Source: Pelagomonas calceolata (taxonomy: Eukaryota). Taken from it: a DNA stretch of 64,000 nucleotides. Position numbers and translations under genes: made by a program. Numbering within the stretch: the stretch's first letter is position 1; each line of letters begins with the position of its first letter. The notes beneath the pieces were generated by a model, which saw only the letters and a program-made list of their open reading frames with translations, searched no databases and was not told where the DNA came from. This document shows positions 10,097-20,464 of this stretch, one piece after another. Where the stretch lies: positions 3,224,001 through 3,288,000 of the forward strand of contig CAKKNE010000001.1 in assembly GCA_918797485.1 (NCBI GenBank), read 5' to 3'.

Positions 10097-11113
10097 ATGG
10101 TAAAAGGATGGGAGCCGACGAATTTCGACCCCAACTACGAAAACTTCGCCAACGCCGGCTGGACCAAGTACGAGCACGACGGCCGCGAGATCACCAACCT
10201 CTACATAAACAACAGCGTGTCCCCGACCAAACTCGCCGTCTTCCGGCGTGTATATGATGCAGACGGCCAGCAATCTAGAGAATGGTGTCATCGCGATTTC
10301 TCGAAGAAGAACCTAAAAGCGTTTGTCCGCACGTTAGCTTCTGCGGGCCGGATCACTTCGGTCGCAAACGACCGAATTCGTCACGTCGTGGACGGCCTCA
10401 TGAAAGAGGAGGGCGGCATCGAACTTGACGAGGGCCGCTGCGCCGAGCTGGAAAAAAGGTACGCCCAAGCAATGAGCAAAGACCTGAGCGATGACATCGC
10501 TGCGCTACGGGCCGCCATGAGGGCCGAGGCGAAGGAAGACTTGGAACACCTCAAAGGGATGTGTGAAAGGTATAGGAAAAAATATTTCCGTGATTCTCTG
10601 GAACCGGGCGACCTGGCCCCGCCGACGGGGGAGCGCGCAATGGCTCTCGCTCTCGTCAACTACCCGGAGGTTTGCAGGGAGATTATGAAGAAATTCTGCG
10701 CATACGGGGCGCGGCGGCTGGAGGGCGGCCTCCTGGACGACGTGCGCAATTATCTGAGAGACTCGCAGATACTACACATGATGGTGAAGAAGGCCTACCC
10801 GAAGCTGTCGGACAAGGACGTCAATAAGCTCTGCCGCAAGGGGACGAAGACGGAACGGGCGCTCATTCACATCGACCACTACATCGCACAATTAGGCGAC
10901 GGCCCCCACCACTTCGTCGCCATGATTGGAGGTCCGAATATGTCGTTCGGCGCTTCGCGGCGCCACATCGCGAAGGATTTGTACGTGACGCAGGAGGTCG
11001 CGGACGCCATCCGCGCGGCCGCGCTGGAGACGATCCGGGGCGTCCGAGCGGTGATTCGCGAGGGTCCCGCGAACGGCGGCGGCGACGAGGGCGAGGAGGA
11101 GGCGATGGCGTAG
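10097..11113 (+). CDS. Hypothetical protein with C-terminal HNH-like motif
   Basis: Long open ORF; IHIDHYIAQLGDGPHHFVAMIGGPNMSFG resembles the His-Me finger DH...H...N pattern. Confidence 0.6.
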   Translation: MVKGWEPTNFDPNYENFANAGWTKYEHDGREITNLYINNSVSPTKLAVFRRVYDADGQQSREWCHRDFSKKNLKAFVRTLASAGRITSVANDRIRHVVDGLMKEEGGIELDEGRCAELEKRYAQAMSKDLSDDIAALRAAMRAEAKEDLEHLKGMCERYRKKYFRDSLEPGDLAPPTGERAMALALVNYPEVCREIMKKFCAYGARRLEGGLLDDVRNYLRDSQILHMMVKKAYPKLSDKDVNKLCRKGTKTERALIHIDHYIAQLGDGPHHFVAMIGGPNMSFGASRRHIAKDLYVTQEVADAIRAAALETIRGVRAVIREGPANGGGDEGEEEAMA

Positions 11114-11382
11114 AGAAGGCGCCGGTGCCTAATTTAGCTAGTTAGCTAGTTGTTACTCGGCGTCCGAGCGCGACTAGACGAAATGAAGGCCGATACAGCT
11201 GAAGAGTCAACTACCCCCCGCGCACGTCTGTTGAGTCCCTACGCCCCCCGCGCACACTTCCGAGCCACGAAAAAAATTCTGGTCGAGTTCGCGAGAGCGC
11301 GACGCGAGAAAAAGGCCTACTACCTCCTAAGACGCCGCTAAGATTCAGGCCCTTACGAACAAAAAGGGAAAAGGAAGGACGC

Positions 11383-13500
11383 CTACGCGGCCTCGGGCGG
11401 CGACTCGCTCACCTGGCGCCGCCGCGCCTGCGGCGACGCGCACGACGAGAGCAGCGCGGACACCTTGTGCGGCAGCTGGACCCGCGGCGCGGGCAACCCC
11501 CAGGCCGCGTGGTACTCCTGGCCGTTCGGCGACACGAACTCGCAGCGGCCCCTTCTCAGGTTGGGGTCGTAGAAGTCGTCTTCCGGTCGCGCAGTCCCTG
11601 GCAATTGCAAGGCCAGATCGTCACTCATCGGCACCGCAACACCGGGATTCTGGGCCATCTGGGCCTTGTAGTGGGCGTGCAGCGGCGACAGGCCGCCGGG
11701 GCCGCCGTAGCCGCCAACGGGCGTTTTTCCGATCGGTCCAGAAGGCGTCAGGCCCGTCCGCCCCGACGAGAACAGCTCCGAGATGCCGTTCTTCGCGGGA
11801 CTAAACCCGTCCATGTCGCTCAGAGGCGTGCCGTTCGGACCTTTTAATGGAGCGTCCATGTTCATGTCCAATGCATCGAAGGAGACGTCGAGCGCGTCGC
11901 CGTCGTCCGTCTTGAGCGCGTCTTCCGCGTCGTCGTCGTCCAATGCTAATAGAGCGTCGCCGTCGAAGTCGAGGGCGCCGCCGCCCTTCATCTGTGTGTT
12001 TATCGTGTGAGTCGCGGCCGTAGGACGCTCTCGATCGTCTCGACGCGGCGCCGCGTCGATGGCGTGGGGGCGCACGCCATCGCCGTGAGTCGAACGAACA
12101 AGGACGCTCGCGACGAGGCCCCACAAGTAAAAAAGGACGCCGCAACACACCCCGAACAGGTCGAGCATCGTCGAGGGCGAGTCCTGGCCCGCCGGCATGG
12201 AATTAGAGCGATCTAAAGCGGCGGACGCGTCGGCCGCGGTCTTCACCCGAGTTCTAGTCTTCGGCTGCGGCGCGCTTGAGGAGCGCGTCGTCCGTGATGG
12301 CGCAGGAACTGCTGATGAAGACGCCACGGCTCGCTTCGAGCTACGCTGCTTGTCGGAGGGTTCTCGTTCATCTCTATCTATCGCCTCCATTTGTGTGCGA
12401 GCCCGCGCGATCGTCGCCGTGTCCTCGTCCTGCGGCGGGCCCTTGCCGAACATGGCCGACTTCTTCCGGCGAAAAGCCGAATTCCAGCGGTTCTTCACGG
12501 CGTTCTCCGCCCTTCCAGGGAGTAATTTGGCGATCTTCGTCCAGGCGTTGCCCCAGCGCTGCTGCGCTTCGGCTAGTATGGTGTCCTCCTCGTGCGTCCA
12601 GCCGCCCTTCTTCAGGTTCGGGTCGAGGTGGTTCGTCCAGCGCTCGCGGCACTGCTTGCCGATCCTTCCCGGGATTCTCTCGGCGATCTGCATCCAGGTC
12701 AGGCCGCCCTCGTTCATGCATGCGATAATGATCTTGTCCTCCTCCTCCGTGAAGGCGCCCTTCACGAGGCCGGCCCTGAGTACTTTCTGCCATCGATGCA
12801 AGCATTGCACATCACTCCGCCCGTGGCCCGCGAGGTGCTGTTCCGCTATTCTCTTCCAATCATGAGTCCCAACAGCTTTCACGGCTAAACAAAGCTTCTC
12901 GTCCTCCTGCTTCGTCCACCGCCGCTTCAACCCCCCTTCCCGCAAGCAATCCACAATCACCTGCGCGGCGCATTTCACTCAAATTCGACAAAGAAACGAC
13001 CCACGACCTCGTGCGATGGACACGAGTCGCATCGAATGAAGGCACCGTACGGGACGCCGAGATCGCACCTTGTCTTCTTTCTCGCAAAAAGCTCCCTTGA
13101 CCAGGCCAGGCCTCAAAACTTTCTGCCACCGGTGCATACACTGCGCGTCACTGAGATCGTGGCCCCGCATGTACACGGTCGCGATGGTCTTCCAGTCGCC
13201 GAGGCCGACGGCTTTCACCGCTGCACACAACTTTTCGTCTTCGTGCTTCGACCATCGTCTCTTGGTACTGAGAGCTGCCGCTTTCGACGTGCCTCGCGTC
13301 TGCGCGGGCTGGGGCGCCTGGTAGTAGACCGGTTGGGGCGCAGTGGCCTTCTTCTTTTTGGTAGGCGGCTTTCTATAGACGTCGGCCATCTCCGCGTCGG
13401 GCGGCGGCGGCGGCTGGAGCAGGGGCACGGCGCCCGGCGGCAATACACTGCCGGGTGGCAGGACTTGCGGGCCCGCCGCCGGGTCGAGGCAGAAGAACAT
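11383..13500 (-). CDS. 3R-MYB (c-Myb-like) transcription factor with duplicated R1; introns 12961-13068 and 11992-12150
   Basis: Myb repeats RWTKQEDEKL...QCLHRWQKVL, IPGRIGKQCRERWTNHL and LPGRAENAVKNRWNS. The spliced CDS is 617 codons in frame. Confidence 0.9.
12961..13068 (-). mobile_element. Introner family B
   Basis: gtgcgatctcggcgtccc...gactcgtgtccatc...gaggtcgtggg...tttctt...gaatttgag...cgcgcag, shared with 17 other introns. Confidence 0.85.
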
Positions 13501-14183
13501 TCAAGATGATGGGGCGCGCGGGCTGCCGCCGGCACACGTCGGCCAGAACTGTCCTCGAGGGCTGCCCCGCGGGGCGGCGGGCCTTCGTGGCTGGGGCAGG
13601 CCCTCCCTCGGATTGAATGTGATCCTCCCTGGGGCCTCGCGACGGCGGGCGGCGCCCGGGTGGGCTGTGCCAAGACGCTTATGCCACCAGATGCCCACCG
13701 GTCGCGACGGACGAGGCCGACGGTTATGGCACCGGGCGCGAGGCGTCTTTGGCAGGCGTGCGCGGGCGGAGGGCTCGCGCGCGACGCTTGGCGGGCGCGC
13801 GCCTGGTTTTTTTCTCTTTTGGCTAGTGGGGCTCATTGTTGGGCTCTTGCGCATCTCCGCGGGGCGGGAGACCGCCGAGCGTCTTAGGAGCATGTCGCCG
13901 GCGTCGTAGGAGCCCTGCGTGCTGCGTGACTCCCCGAGGCAGGGCGCGTTTCGGGTTTTGCCTGCTATTTTAATTGCAAATAAAAGCGCAACTCACGCTG
14001 GCCGCGATAGATCGCAATCGGCTGCGTTTTTTAAGCATAATTAATTACGTCAGTTGCGCGCGCTGTTTATTCGAGCCATCGCCGCTGCTGCGGCATCCAT
14101 AGCAGTGGGCTGATTTTGGGCTCACCGGTACGCCGTCGACGCCGCGGCGCAAACGCAAAAATGCACGATAGACAACAGCAGAG

Positions 14184-15023
14184 ATGACAGACGCAAAGGC
14201 GGAACGATGGAAGCCCGAGGGCCACCCCATGTTGGGGGTGCGCGGCAGCGTCGCTTTACTACAGTGCGCGACCACTCTAATCTTGGTCTTCAGCGGCATT
14301 AATTGGAGCCAGACCATCCCCCTGGCGATGATGCAGTTCGTGTCGGCCTGTACTTTATTAGCACAGTGGGACAAGTCGGGACGGGACCACATGTACGTCG
14401 TACGAGGCTGCGCGTCTTTAGTGAGGGCCATCGTGGTCCTAAGAACGAGCGCCTGCGGCCGCGTCTTCCCGCCCTGGGCGGGCTGCGACGCCGAGCCCTG
14501 GCGCGGCCACGAGAATGTGAGATTGCCCTTCCGGTGCATTCACGTGCTCGCTTGCGTGCGGCAGCTGGCGAACGCCTGGTCCCTGCTGAACCAGTACCAT
14601 CTCGTGGGCGACGGCGTCACGCCGGACAACGGGCATCGCCAGCTCTGGATCCGCGCGAGAATACGCCTGGCAGGTGTGCCCATCCAGTTAGCGCGCTTCG
14701 TCCTCAAAATCGTTTTACTCGACGACACGCGGTATGAAAGGGGCGACGTCGAGGTCGCCTGCAATTTTGTACGGGCGGTGTTGCTGATTCCGCTCAGCGC
14801 GTGGTCGCTGAACCACCAGTACTACACGTCCGGGAGCGATCCGCCGCCTCGAAGCGTGCAGCGCGGCTGTGCGTGCCTCGAGCTCGATCATGTGGACTAC
14901 AACCCGTCGGGCCAGGGCGGGTTACATCGAGCGAAGTCCAATGTCGGGTTGGGAGACGTGGAGTTGACCGAGACGCGACCCGCGGCGCCGGCCGACGACG
15001 CCGACGCGGAAACCCCTCGGTGA
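14184..15023 (+). CDS. Hypothetical membrane protein
   Basis: 279-aa ORF with several hydrophobic segments; no family recognised. Confidence 0.55.
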   Translation: MTDAKAERWKPEGHPMLGVRGSVALLQCATTLILVFSGINWSQTIPLAMMQFVSACTLLAQWDKSGRDHMYVVRGCASLVRAIVVLRTSACGRVFPPWAGCDAEPWRGHENVRLPFRCIHVLACVRQLANAWSLLNQYHLVGDGVTPDNGHRQLWIRARIRLAGVPIQLARFVLKIVLLDDTRYERGDVEVACNFVRAVLLIPLSAWSLNHQYYTSGSDPPPRSVQRGCACLELDHVDYNPSGQGGLHRAKSNVGLGDVELTETRPAAPADDADAETPR

Positions 15024-15127
15024 CGCGTCGCCTCGCCGGCGCGGCGGGAGACGCCGTCGACGCGAGCAGCAATTCACACTCCGACCGCCGCCGGCGGTGG
15101 AGCCTAATTTTATCACTGTTAAGCACA

Positions 15128-16093
15128 CTAGCCCTCGTCCGGTAGCTCGACCTCGACCGGCGGAGGGTGGTTCGCGACCTTCTCGCGGAATTGAGCATGA
15201 GCGCCGGCCCAGGCCGCCTGGAACTCCTCGGGCGTGCCCGCTCTTCTTTTAGAGCGGCTCTCCAATGAAGTCGTGTCGCGCGGCGTTTCATCAACATCAG
15301 CACTCTCAGCAAACAACGTAGACCACCACGTCACGACGCCAAGGGCAACGGGCCGCTTCTTGAGGGAAACGCAGACACACCTACAATCCGTCGGCAGCGG
15401 TATGACGCTGTCCTCGAGGCACCAGTCGAAGGAGTCCTTGAGAGCATCTTCGTCGTGAGACGGCGCCAAGCGAAAGGAAGGCCGGGGGTCGTCGCTACAC
15501 CAGACGTCGTGCTTCAGCGCTTCGGTCAATTCATTCACGGTCAAAACGCAGGCGTCGCCCTTGTACTGTAATGAGCAGCGGACGTTGTGCGCCCGCGTAC
15601 TCGCACCGACGGGGAACCTCGCAACTATATCTTCCGCAGACTGACTCCAGACCGCGCAGATCCTTCCATTTCTTGTACAGAAGCCGCCGTCTTTGGTGGC
15701 GTCTACCACTGGATTTTTGCTGGCCGGCGGCGGCACGGGCTTCGACAGAGCAGCTTCTGCTTTCCACTGCTCGACGCGCTCGGCCTCGACGTCGTCCTCG
15801 ACGTAGCGGTTCGGCTCGCCCTCGCCGTCGCTCTCGTCGAAGGCGTCCCACTTCGAGTAGTCGATGCCCCCCCGCTTCGGCTTTGCTGGTTCTTGCGGCT
15901 TTGAAGCTGGCGTGACGTCGAACTTGTCGTGCCCCGTGCGCGTCACGGACCAGCCGTCGCTTCCGATGGTCACGCCCGTCGTCGCGGCGTCGAGGCGCGT
16001 GACGACGGGCCGCGGCGGTTGGGAGCGCTGGTCCTCGGCGTCCTCCTCGTCGCCGATGCCCTTCCACTTGTCGTAGTTCGTGAGGGCGGACAT
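15128..16093 (-). CDS. CS (p23/NudC-like) domain protein
   Basis: N-terminal TNYDKW and IDYSKWD motifs; WSQSAEDIVARFPV...W...SLKK...WWSTL resembles a CS fold. Confidence 0.65.
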   Translation of the reverse strand: MSALTNYDKWKGIGDEEDAEDQRSQPPRPVVTRLDAATTGVTIGSDGWSVTRTGHDKFDVTPASKPQEPAKPKRGGIDYSKWDAFDESDGEGEPNRYVEDDVEAERVEQWKAEAALSKPVPPPASKNPVVDATKDGGFCTRNGRICAVWSQSAEDIVARFPVGASTRAHNVRCSLQYKGDACVLTVNELTEALKHDVWCSDDPRPSFRLAPSHDEDALKDSFDWCLEDSVIPLPTDCRCVCVSLKKRPVALGVVTWWSTLFAESADVDETPRDTTSLESRSKRRAGTPEEFQAAWAGAHAQFREKVANHPPPVEVELPDEG

Positions 16094-16704
16094 TGCTGTG
16101 ACTGTGTTGCGGGCGGCGCTGCAGCTGGTCTTTGTATTTGCCGCAGTTTCGAAAGGATTGCGACAGGCGACGAATGTGGCAGTGTTGCGTCGCAGTCGCT
16201 GGATCGACGCGTACAGCTGGTACGACGGCCCCGGCTTGCGCACAAGCTAGCTCGTAGACGCACTAGACTAAGGGAGTGTACGCAAAGCCTCAAATGCCAC
16301 GCGTACAGAGCCCTCGCGCACGCCTCGCGGCCGGCAGGACTCCTGCGCGGACCCCAGCCCGGCCACTAGGGATCACGTTTTGGCTCCCAGCGCCGCGAAA
16401 GCCAAGGCGCGGGCGCCGTACCAGCAGCCTCCAAGGCAGCCCGAGGCCGCGCCGCAGTCGAACGGCTCGAGGGCCGGCCGCTGCACGAGTGCCGGCAGCC
16501 CACGCCGCCCCGCGAGGGTAGAACAGCGCTGCCCCACCCGGGGCGAGGCGCCGCCTCCCGCCGCCGCGGACGCGATCCTTCACGGCCTGGGAGCCGCCCC
16601 GCAGCAGTTGTCGACGCGGGCGCAGCCTCAGGGGACCCTTCAAAGCTTGAGCCGCGGGCGTGGCCGCAGGGCACCCGTCACCGCTCGTGCCCTCCGCACA
16701 AACG

Positions 16705-18339
16705 ATGAACAAGTACGAGGTCCTCGGCGTCGTCGGCGAGGGCGCCTACGGCATCGTCCTCAAGTGCCGCAACAAGGAGAACGCCGAGACGGTGGCAATA
16801 AAAAAGTTTAAAGAAAGCGAAGATGATGAAGAAAATGTCCGGAAGACGACGTTGCGCGAGGTTAAATTATTAAGGATGCTGCGGCACCCGAACATCGTGT
16901 CGCTGAAGGAAGCCTTTCGGAGAAAAGGTAAACTCTACCTCGTCTTCGAGTTCGTTTCCAAGAACCTGTTGGAAGTGCTAGAAAATGAAGTGGGCGGTGT
17001 GGGTTCCGATGCGACCTGTAGATATATGTTGCAATTAGCGCAAGCCATCGACTGCTGCCACTCCCACTCTGTGATCCATCGAGATATCAAGCCCGAGAAC
17101 TTGCTGGTCGATCCTCGCGGCAAGCAGCTCAAGCTGTGCGACTTTGGCTTCGCGAGGAGTTACGCACCGGGAGCGACGGACTTGAGCGACTACGTCGCCA
17201 CAAGATGGTACAGAGCCCCGGAACTGTTACTCGGAAGCACAGATTATGATGCCACAGTAGACGTCTTCGCGATGGGTTGCATCATGGGCGAATTAGCGGA
17301 CGGCCAGCCCCTGTTTCCCGGCGAATCGGAGATCGACCAACTCTACATCATCCAGCGCATGCTCGGGCCGCTGACGCCGGCCCAGGACGCGTTGTTCTTG
17401 CGGAATCCAAGGTTTGTGGGCCTCAAATTTCCCGACATGTCGCGGCCGGAGACGCTGCAGAAGAAGTACGTCGGCACTTTATCTAAGAGGTCATTGAGCT
17501 TCATGCAGGCCTTATTGCAGATGGAGCCGCACCAGCGCTATTCGTCCAGAGAGTGCCTCGAGCACCCGTATTTCGAGGACATCCGGCACGAGTACATCAA
17601 GCAGCCCACGTCCAGAGCGGGCACGGCGGCGTCTCGCAGTCGAGTGGGCACGGCGCAAAGTAGCGTTGTGAGTGGCGCGCCGTCCGAGGACCTGCCTACG
17701 ATTAAGGCGCGGCCGCGGTCGCCGCAGGGCGAGCCGCCCTCATTACCGCCGGCCCTGCCTTCGCGCCTGCCTCGCGCGACGAAGAAGCTGCCTCCGTCCT
17801 TCCAGAGGACGCAGAAGCCGAAACGGAAGCAGCAACGTCGAAGGCAGCAGCCGCAAGAACCCAGACGGCAGCAGCAGCCGCGGAAACGGAAACCGGCCCT
17901 GAAACCCGTGAACCAGGTGCCTCCGTTAGAAGATGCGCCCTTGCCCGAGGAGGGGTCCTTGTATGGACGGGCTCGAGCGCCGCCGCTGCGCGCCCGGAAG
18001 CCGCGCCGGTCGCGGGCGGAACGAGCGGCTTCGGAGCGGGAGCCGAAGCCCCTGACGCAGCCGCACCACGAGCCGCTCGCCGCGCGGTCGCCGGTTCCCA
18101 ATAGAGCCAAGGTGGCGACGCGCGAGCGCGACTTGCAGCGCGAGCGGGAAAGAAGACGGGAAAGGGAGATCCGCGAGCTGCGCGAGTTCTCCTCCAAATT
18201 ACCGCTGCAATTGCAGCAGAAGCTGCGCGACGCCGACGAGGGAAGTTATGCTCGCACGGGCACGTCGCACGGGGGCCGCAATAGATTGCCCGACTGGGAG
18301 CGGTCCGACCCGTTTCCCGGTTCGCAGAAGCGCTGGTAG
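16705..18339 (+). CDS. CDKL5: CDKL-family kinase (CDKL5/LF5-like)
   Basis: MNKYEVLGVVGEGAYGIVLKCRNK...AIKKFK...KTTLREVK, HRDIKPEN, DFGFAR, YVATRWYRAPE, GESEIDQL. Confidence 0.85.
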   Translation: MNKYEVLGVVGEGAYGIVLKCRNKENAETVAIKKFKESEDDEENVRKTTLREVKLLRMLRHPNIVSLKEAFRRKGKLYLVFEFVSKNLLEVLENEVGGVGSDATCRYMLQLAQAIDCCHSHSVIHRDIKPENLLVDPRGKQLKLCDFGFARSYAPGATDLSDYVATRWYRAPELLLGSTDYDATVDVFAMGCIMGELADGQPLFPGESEIDQLYIIQRMLGPLTPAQDALFLRNPRFVGLKFPDMSRPETLQKKYVGTLSKRSLSFMQALLQMEPHQRYSSRECLEHPYFEDIRHEYIKQPTSRAGTAASRSRVGTAQSSVVSGAPSEDLPTIKARPRSPQGEPPSLPPALPSRLPRATKKLPPSFQRTQKPKRKQQRRRQQPQEPRRQQQPRKRKPALKPVNQVPPLEDAPLPEEGSLYGRARAPPLRARKPRRSRAERAASEREPKPLTQPHHEPLAARSPVPNRAKVATRERDLQRERERRREREIRELREFSSKLPLQLQQKLRDADEGSYARTGTSHGGRNRLPDWERSDPFPGSQKRW

Positions 18340-18399
18340 TAAGGTTGTTTACGCGTCTTGCTCCGATCTATTCTCCCCCCGGGGCGCCGCCGGCCGGCA

Positions 18400-18548
18400 A
18401 GTTTGCTTTTGCTTAGCTAGGCCTAGCCACGACCCGCCGCGGCGTTCAAAGTGGCGGCTGCGCGGGGTCCGCGTGACCGGAACGCCCGCCCCCGCCCCCG
18501 TACGCCGTCGCCCCGAGTGTTAGCTCGGAGGCGACGACGGCGAGGGGG
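18400..18548. repeat. Dispersed intergenic repeat with hairpin (copy 2)
   Basis: Matches 1010-1143. Confidence 0.75.
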
Positions 18549-18627
18549 GAGCAGGCCGAACGGTACTGTCACGGAAGTTGTCACGGTAGTAACGTTGTTA
18601 CGCGTCCGCGCGGCGGGAGTCGAGGGG

Positions 18628-19936
18628 CTACTTCTCCGCCTTCTCCTTGTCGCGCGAGCGCGAGCGCGAGCGGTCCTTCTCCTTGCCCTTGTCGCGCGAG
18701 CGGCTGCGCGAGCGGCTGCGCGAGCGCGAGCCCTTGCCGTCGTCGCTCGACGACACGCTCTCGCCGCGCTCCTGGCGCTCGCGCTTCTCGCGCGCCTTGC
18801 GCCACTTCTTCTTGTAGCGCTTCTCGAGGTCCTTGCGGAGCGAGCGCGACGGCGTCCGGATGTGCATGAAGTTGCAGTAGCCGCCGCGCGTGCACACGGC
18901 CTCGTCGTACTGGCGGCAGCGCGCCTCGCGGAAGTCCGTCACGGGCGAGAACTCGCAGACGAGCGGCCGGCCCGCGTAGAAGCGGCCGAAGAGCGCCTTG
19001 AGCGCCGCGTCCGAGTGCTCCTCGTCGGCGAACTTGCAGTAGACGTTGCCGACCATGTGGTCGCCGAGGTTCTCGCAAACGTTGAGCTCCTCGATCTCGC
19101 CGTAGCCGGCGAGCTCGTCGTAGACCTCCTCGTAGAACTCGTCGAACTCCTCCTGCACCTTCTTCGGGTCGAGCTGCGACGGGTCGCCGCCGGCCGCCGC
19201 GATCTGCGACCTGAGTGCAAATCAAAATTTTACGGCGCGTTCGTCCTGAATCGTCGCGTCGTCCTCCACGCCATCGACGCGACGCCTGCTCGATGGCGTG
19301 GCGATGCCGGTTCCTCACCGCTCGACGGAGCCAGCGCGGCCGCGTCATCGCCGAGAAATGTGCACCCGACGCACTGGTTGATTTCCACACAGTCCGCGAC
19401 GCCGGGTTCTGGTACATGTGCTGCACGATCATCGTCTGCGAGAAGGGCGGCTTGTGGTGCTGGCGCGAGCACCGGTCGCCGTGGCGGCACGCGCCGATCT
19501 TGAAGTAGAAGGGGCAGTTCACCTTGTCCTCCTCCGTGCCGTGGATGCGGGCGAGATGCGTCGCGCCGCCGCGCGCGCCGCCCAGCTCGCGGTCGCGCCA
19601 GTTGCGGCCCGCGTCCCGCGACGAGTCGTAGCGGCTGCCGCCGTAGCCGCCGCCGCCGCCGCCGCCTCCGTACCCACCTCCTCGCGGCGGACCGCCTCCG
19701 CCGTAGCCACCTCCACCGCCGCCTCCGTAGCGGCCGCCGCCACCCCCTCCGTAGCGGTCCCCGCCCCCGCCTCCGCCTCTATAAGCGTCGTTCGAGCCGT
19801 AGCCTCCTTGGCCGCCGCGGTAACCGCCGCCTCCGCCTCCGTAGCGATCACCGCCTCCGCCGCCGTAGCGATCCCCGCCGCCGCCCCGTCGGTCGTCGTA
19901 CCGGCCGCCGCCGCCTCCGCCGCCGTAGTGCGACAT
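18628..19936 (-). CDS. U2AF1: Splicing factor U2AF small subunit; one intron 19211-19400
   Basis: [56 protein letters not shown]...[11 protein letters not shown] and an RS tail; 373 codons after splicing. Confidence 0.95.
19211..19392 (-). mobile_element. Introner family A (intron 19211-19400)
   Basis: TIR ctgagtgcaaatcaa/ttgatttccacacag; TSD tctgcgac/tccgcgac (7/8); interior nearly collinear with 4680-4812. Confidence 0.95.
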
Positions 19937-20193
19937 CGCAGCGAAGTGCTGCTGGTTCTGAGAACTGCTCGCGCCGCTTACGGCTGCCTTTTACTCGCCC
20001 CCGCGGACCTTTGTCCGGCAGCGAGGATTCGGCCTCGAGACTCGCTGCTAAGCTAGTCGCGTCCTTCTGCTAAGGCAGTCACCCGAGTGGCTGTCCTTGG
20101 CACAAGTGACGACTATAAAGTCCGCTTCCACCTCGCTTGGGGCGCCTGTGGAGCTCCAAGCGATCAAAAGCTGCGGCAGTAGAACCCGGCTGA

Positions 20194-20219
20194 TTGCTAG
20201 TGTCTTACAGGACGCTAGC
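20194..20219 (-). promoter_or_regulatory. Recurrent upstream motif GCTAGCG-N-GTAAGACACTAGCAA
   Basis: Also at 36090, 37568, 46552, 50057 and 53900; always intergenic and upstream of a start codon. Confidence 0.55.
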
Positions 20220-20464
20220 TCAGGCCGCCTGCCAAAACTCCCACAACCTCCATAGGTCTGGATAATACAACGGCGCAGGTCCTCTACTGACGCCCGCTGT
20301 TCAGCAGCCGCGTTTGCACCATCGCTGCGGCCGCCACCCGCGAGACACAGGACAGCCCTTGAGCACAGGACCTGCGCGCCGCCGTCCGGAAGTCTCCGAG
20401 GCACGACAGAGGACAGGAGAGGCGTGACAACGGCACACAGAGGCGAGCCACCGGCCAGAACAGG

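Noticed and set aside
7238..11113. Cassette as the autonomous transposase for the introners
   Set aside because: No DDE/hAT motifs recognised and no family A TIRs at its ends.
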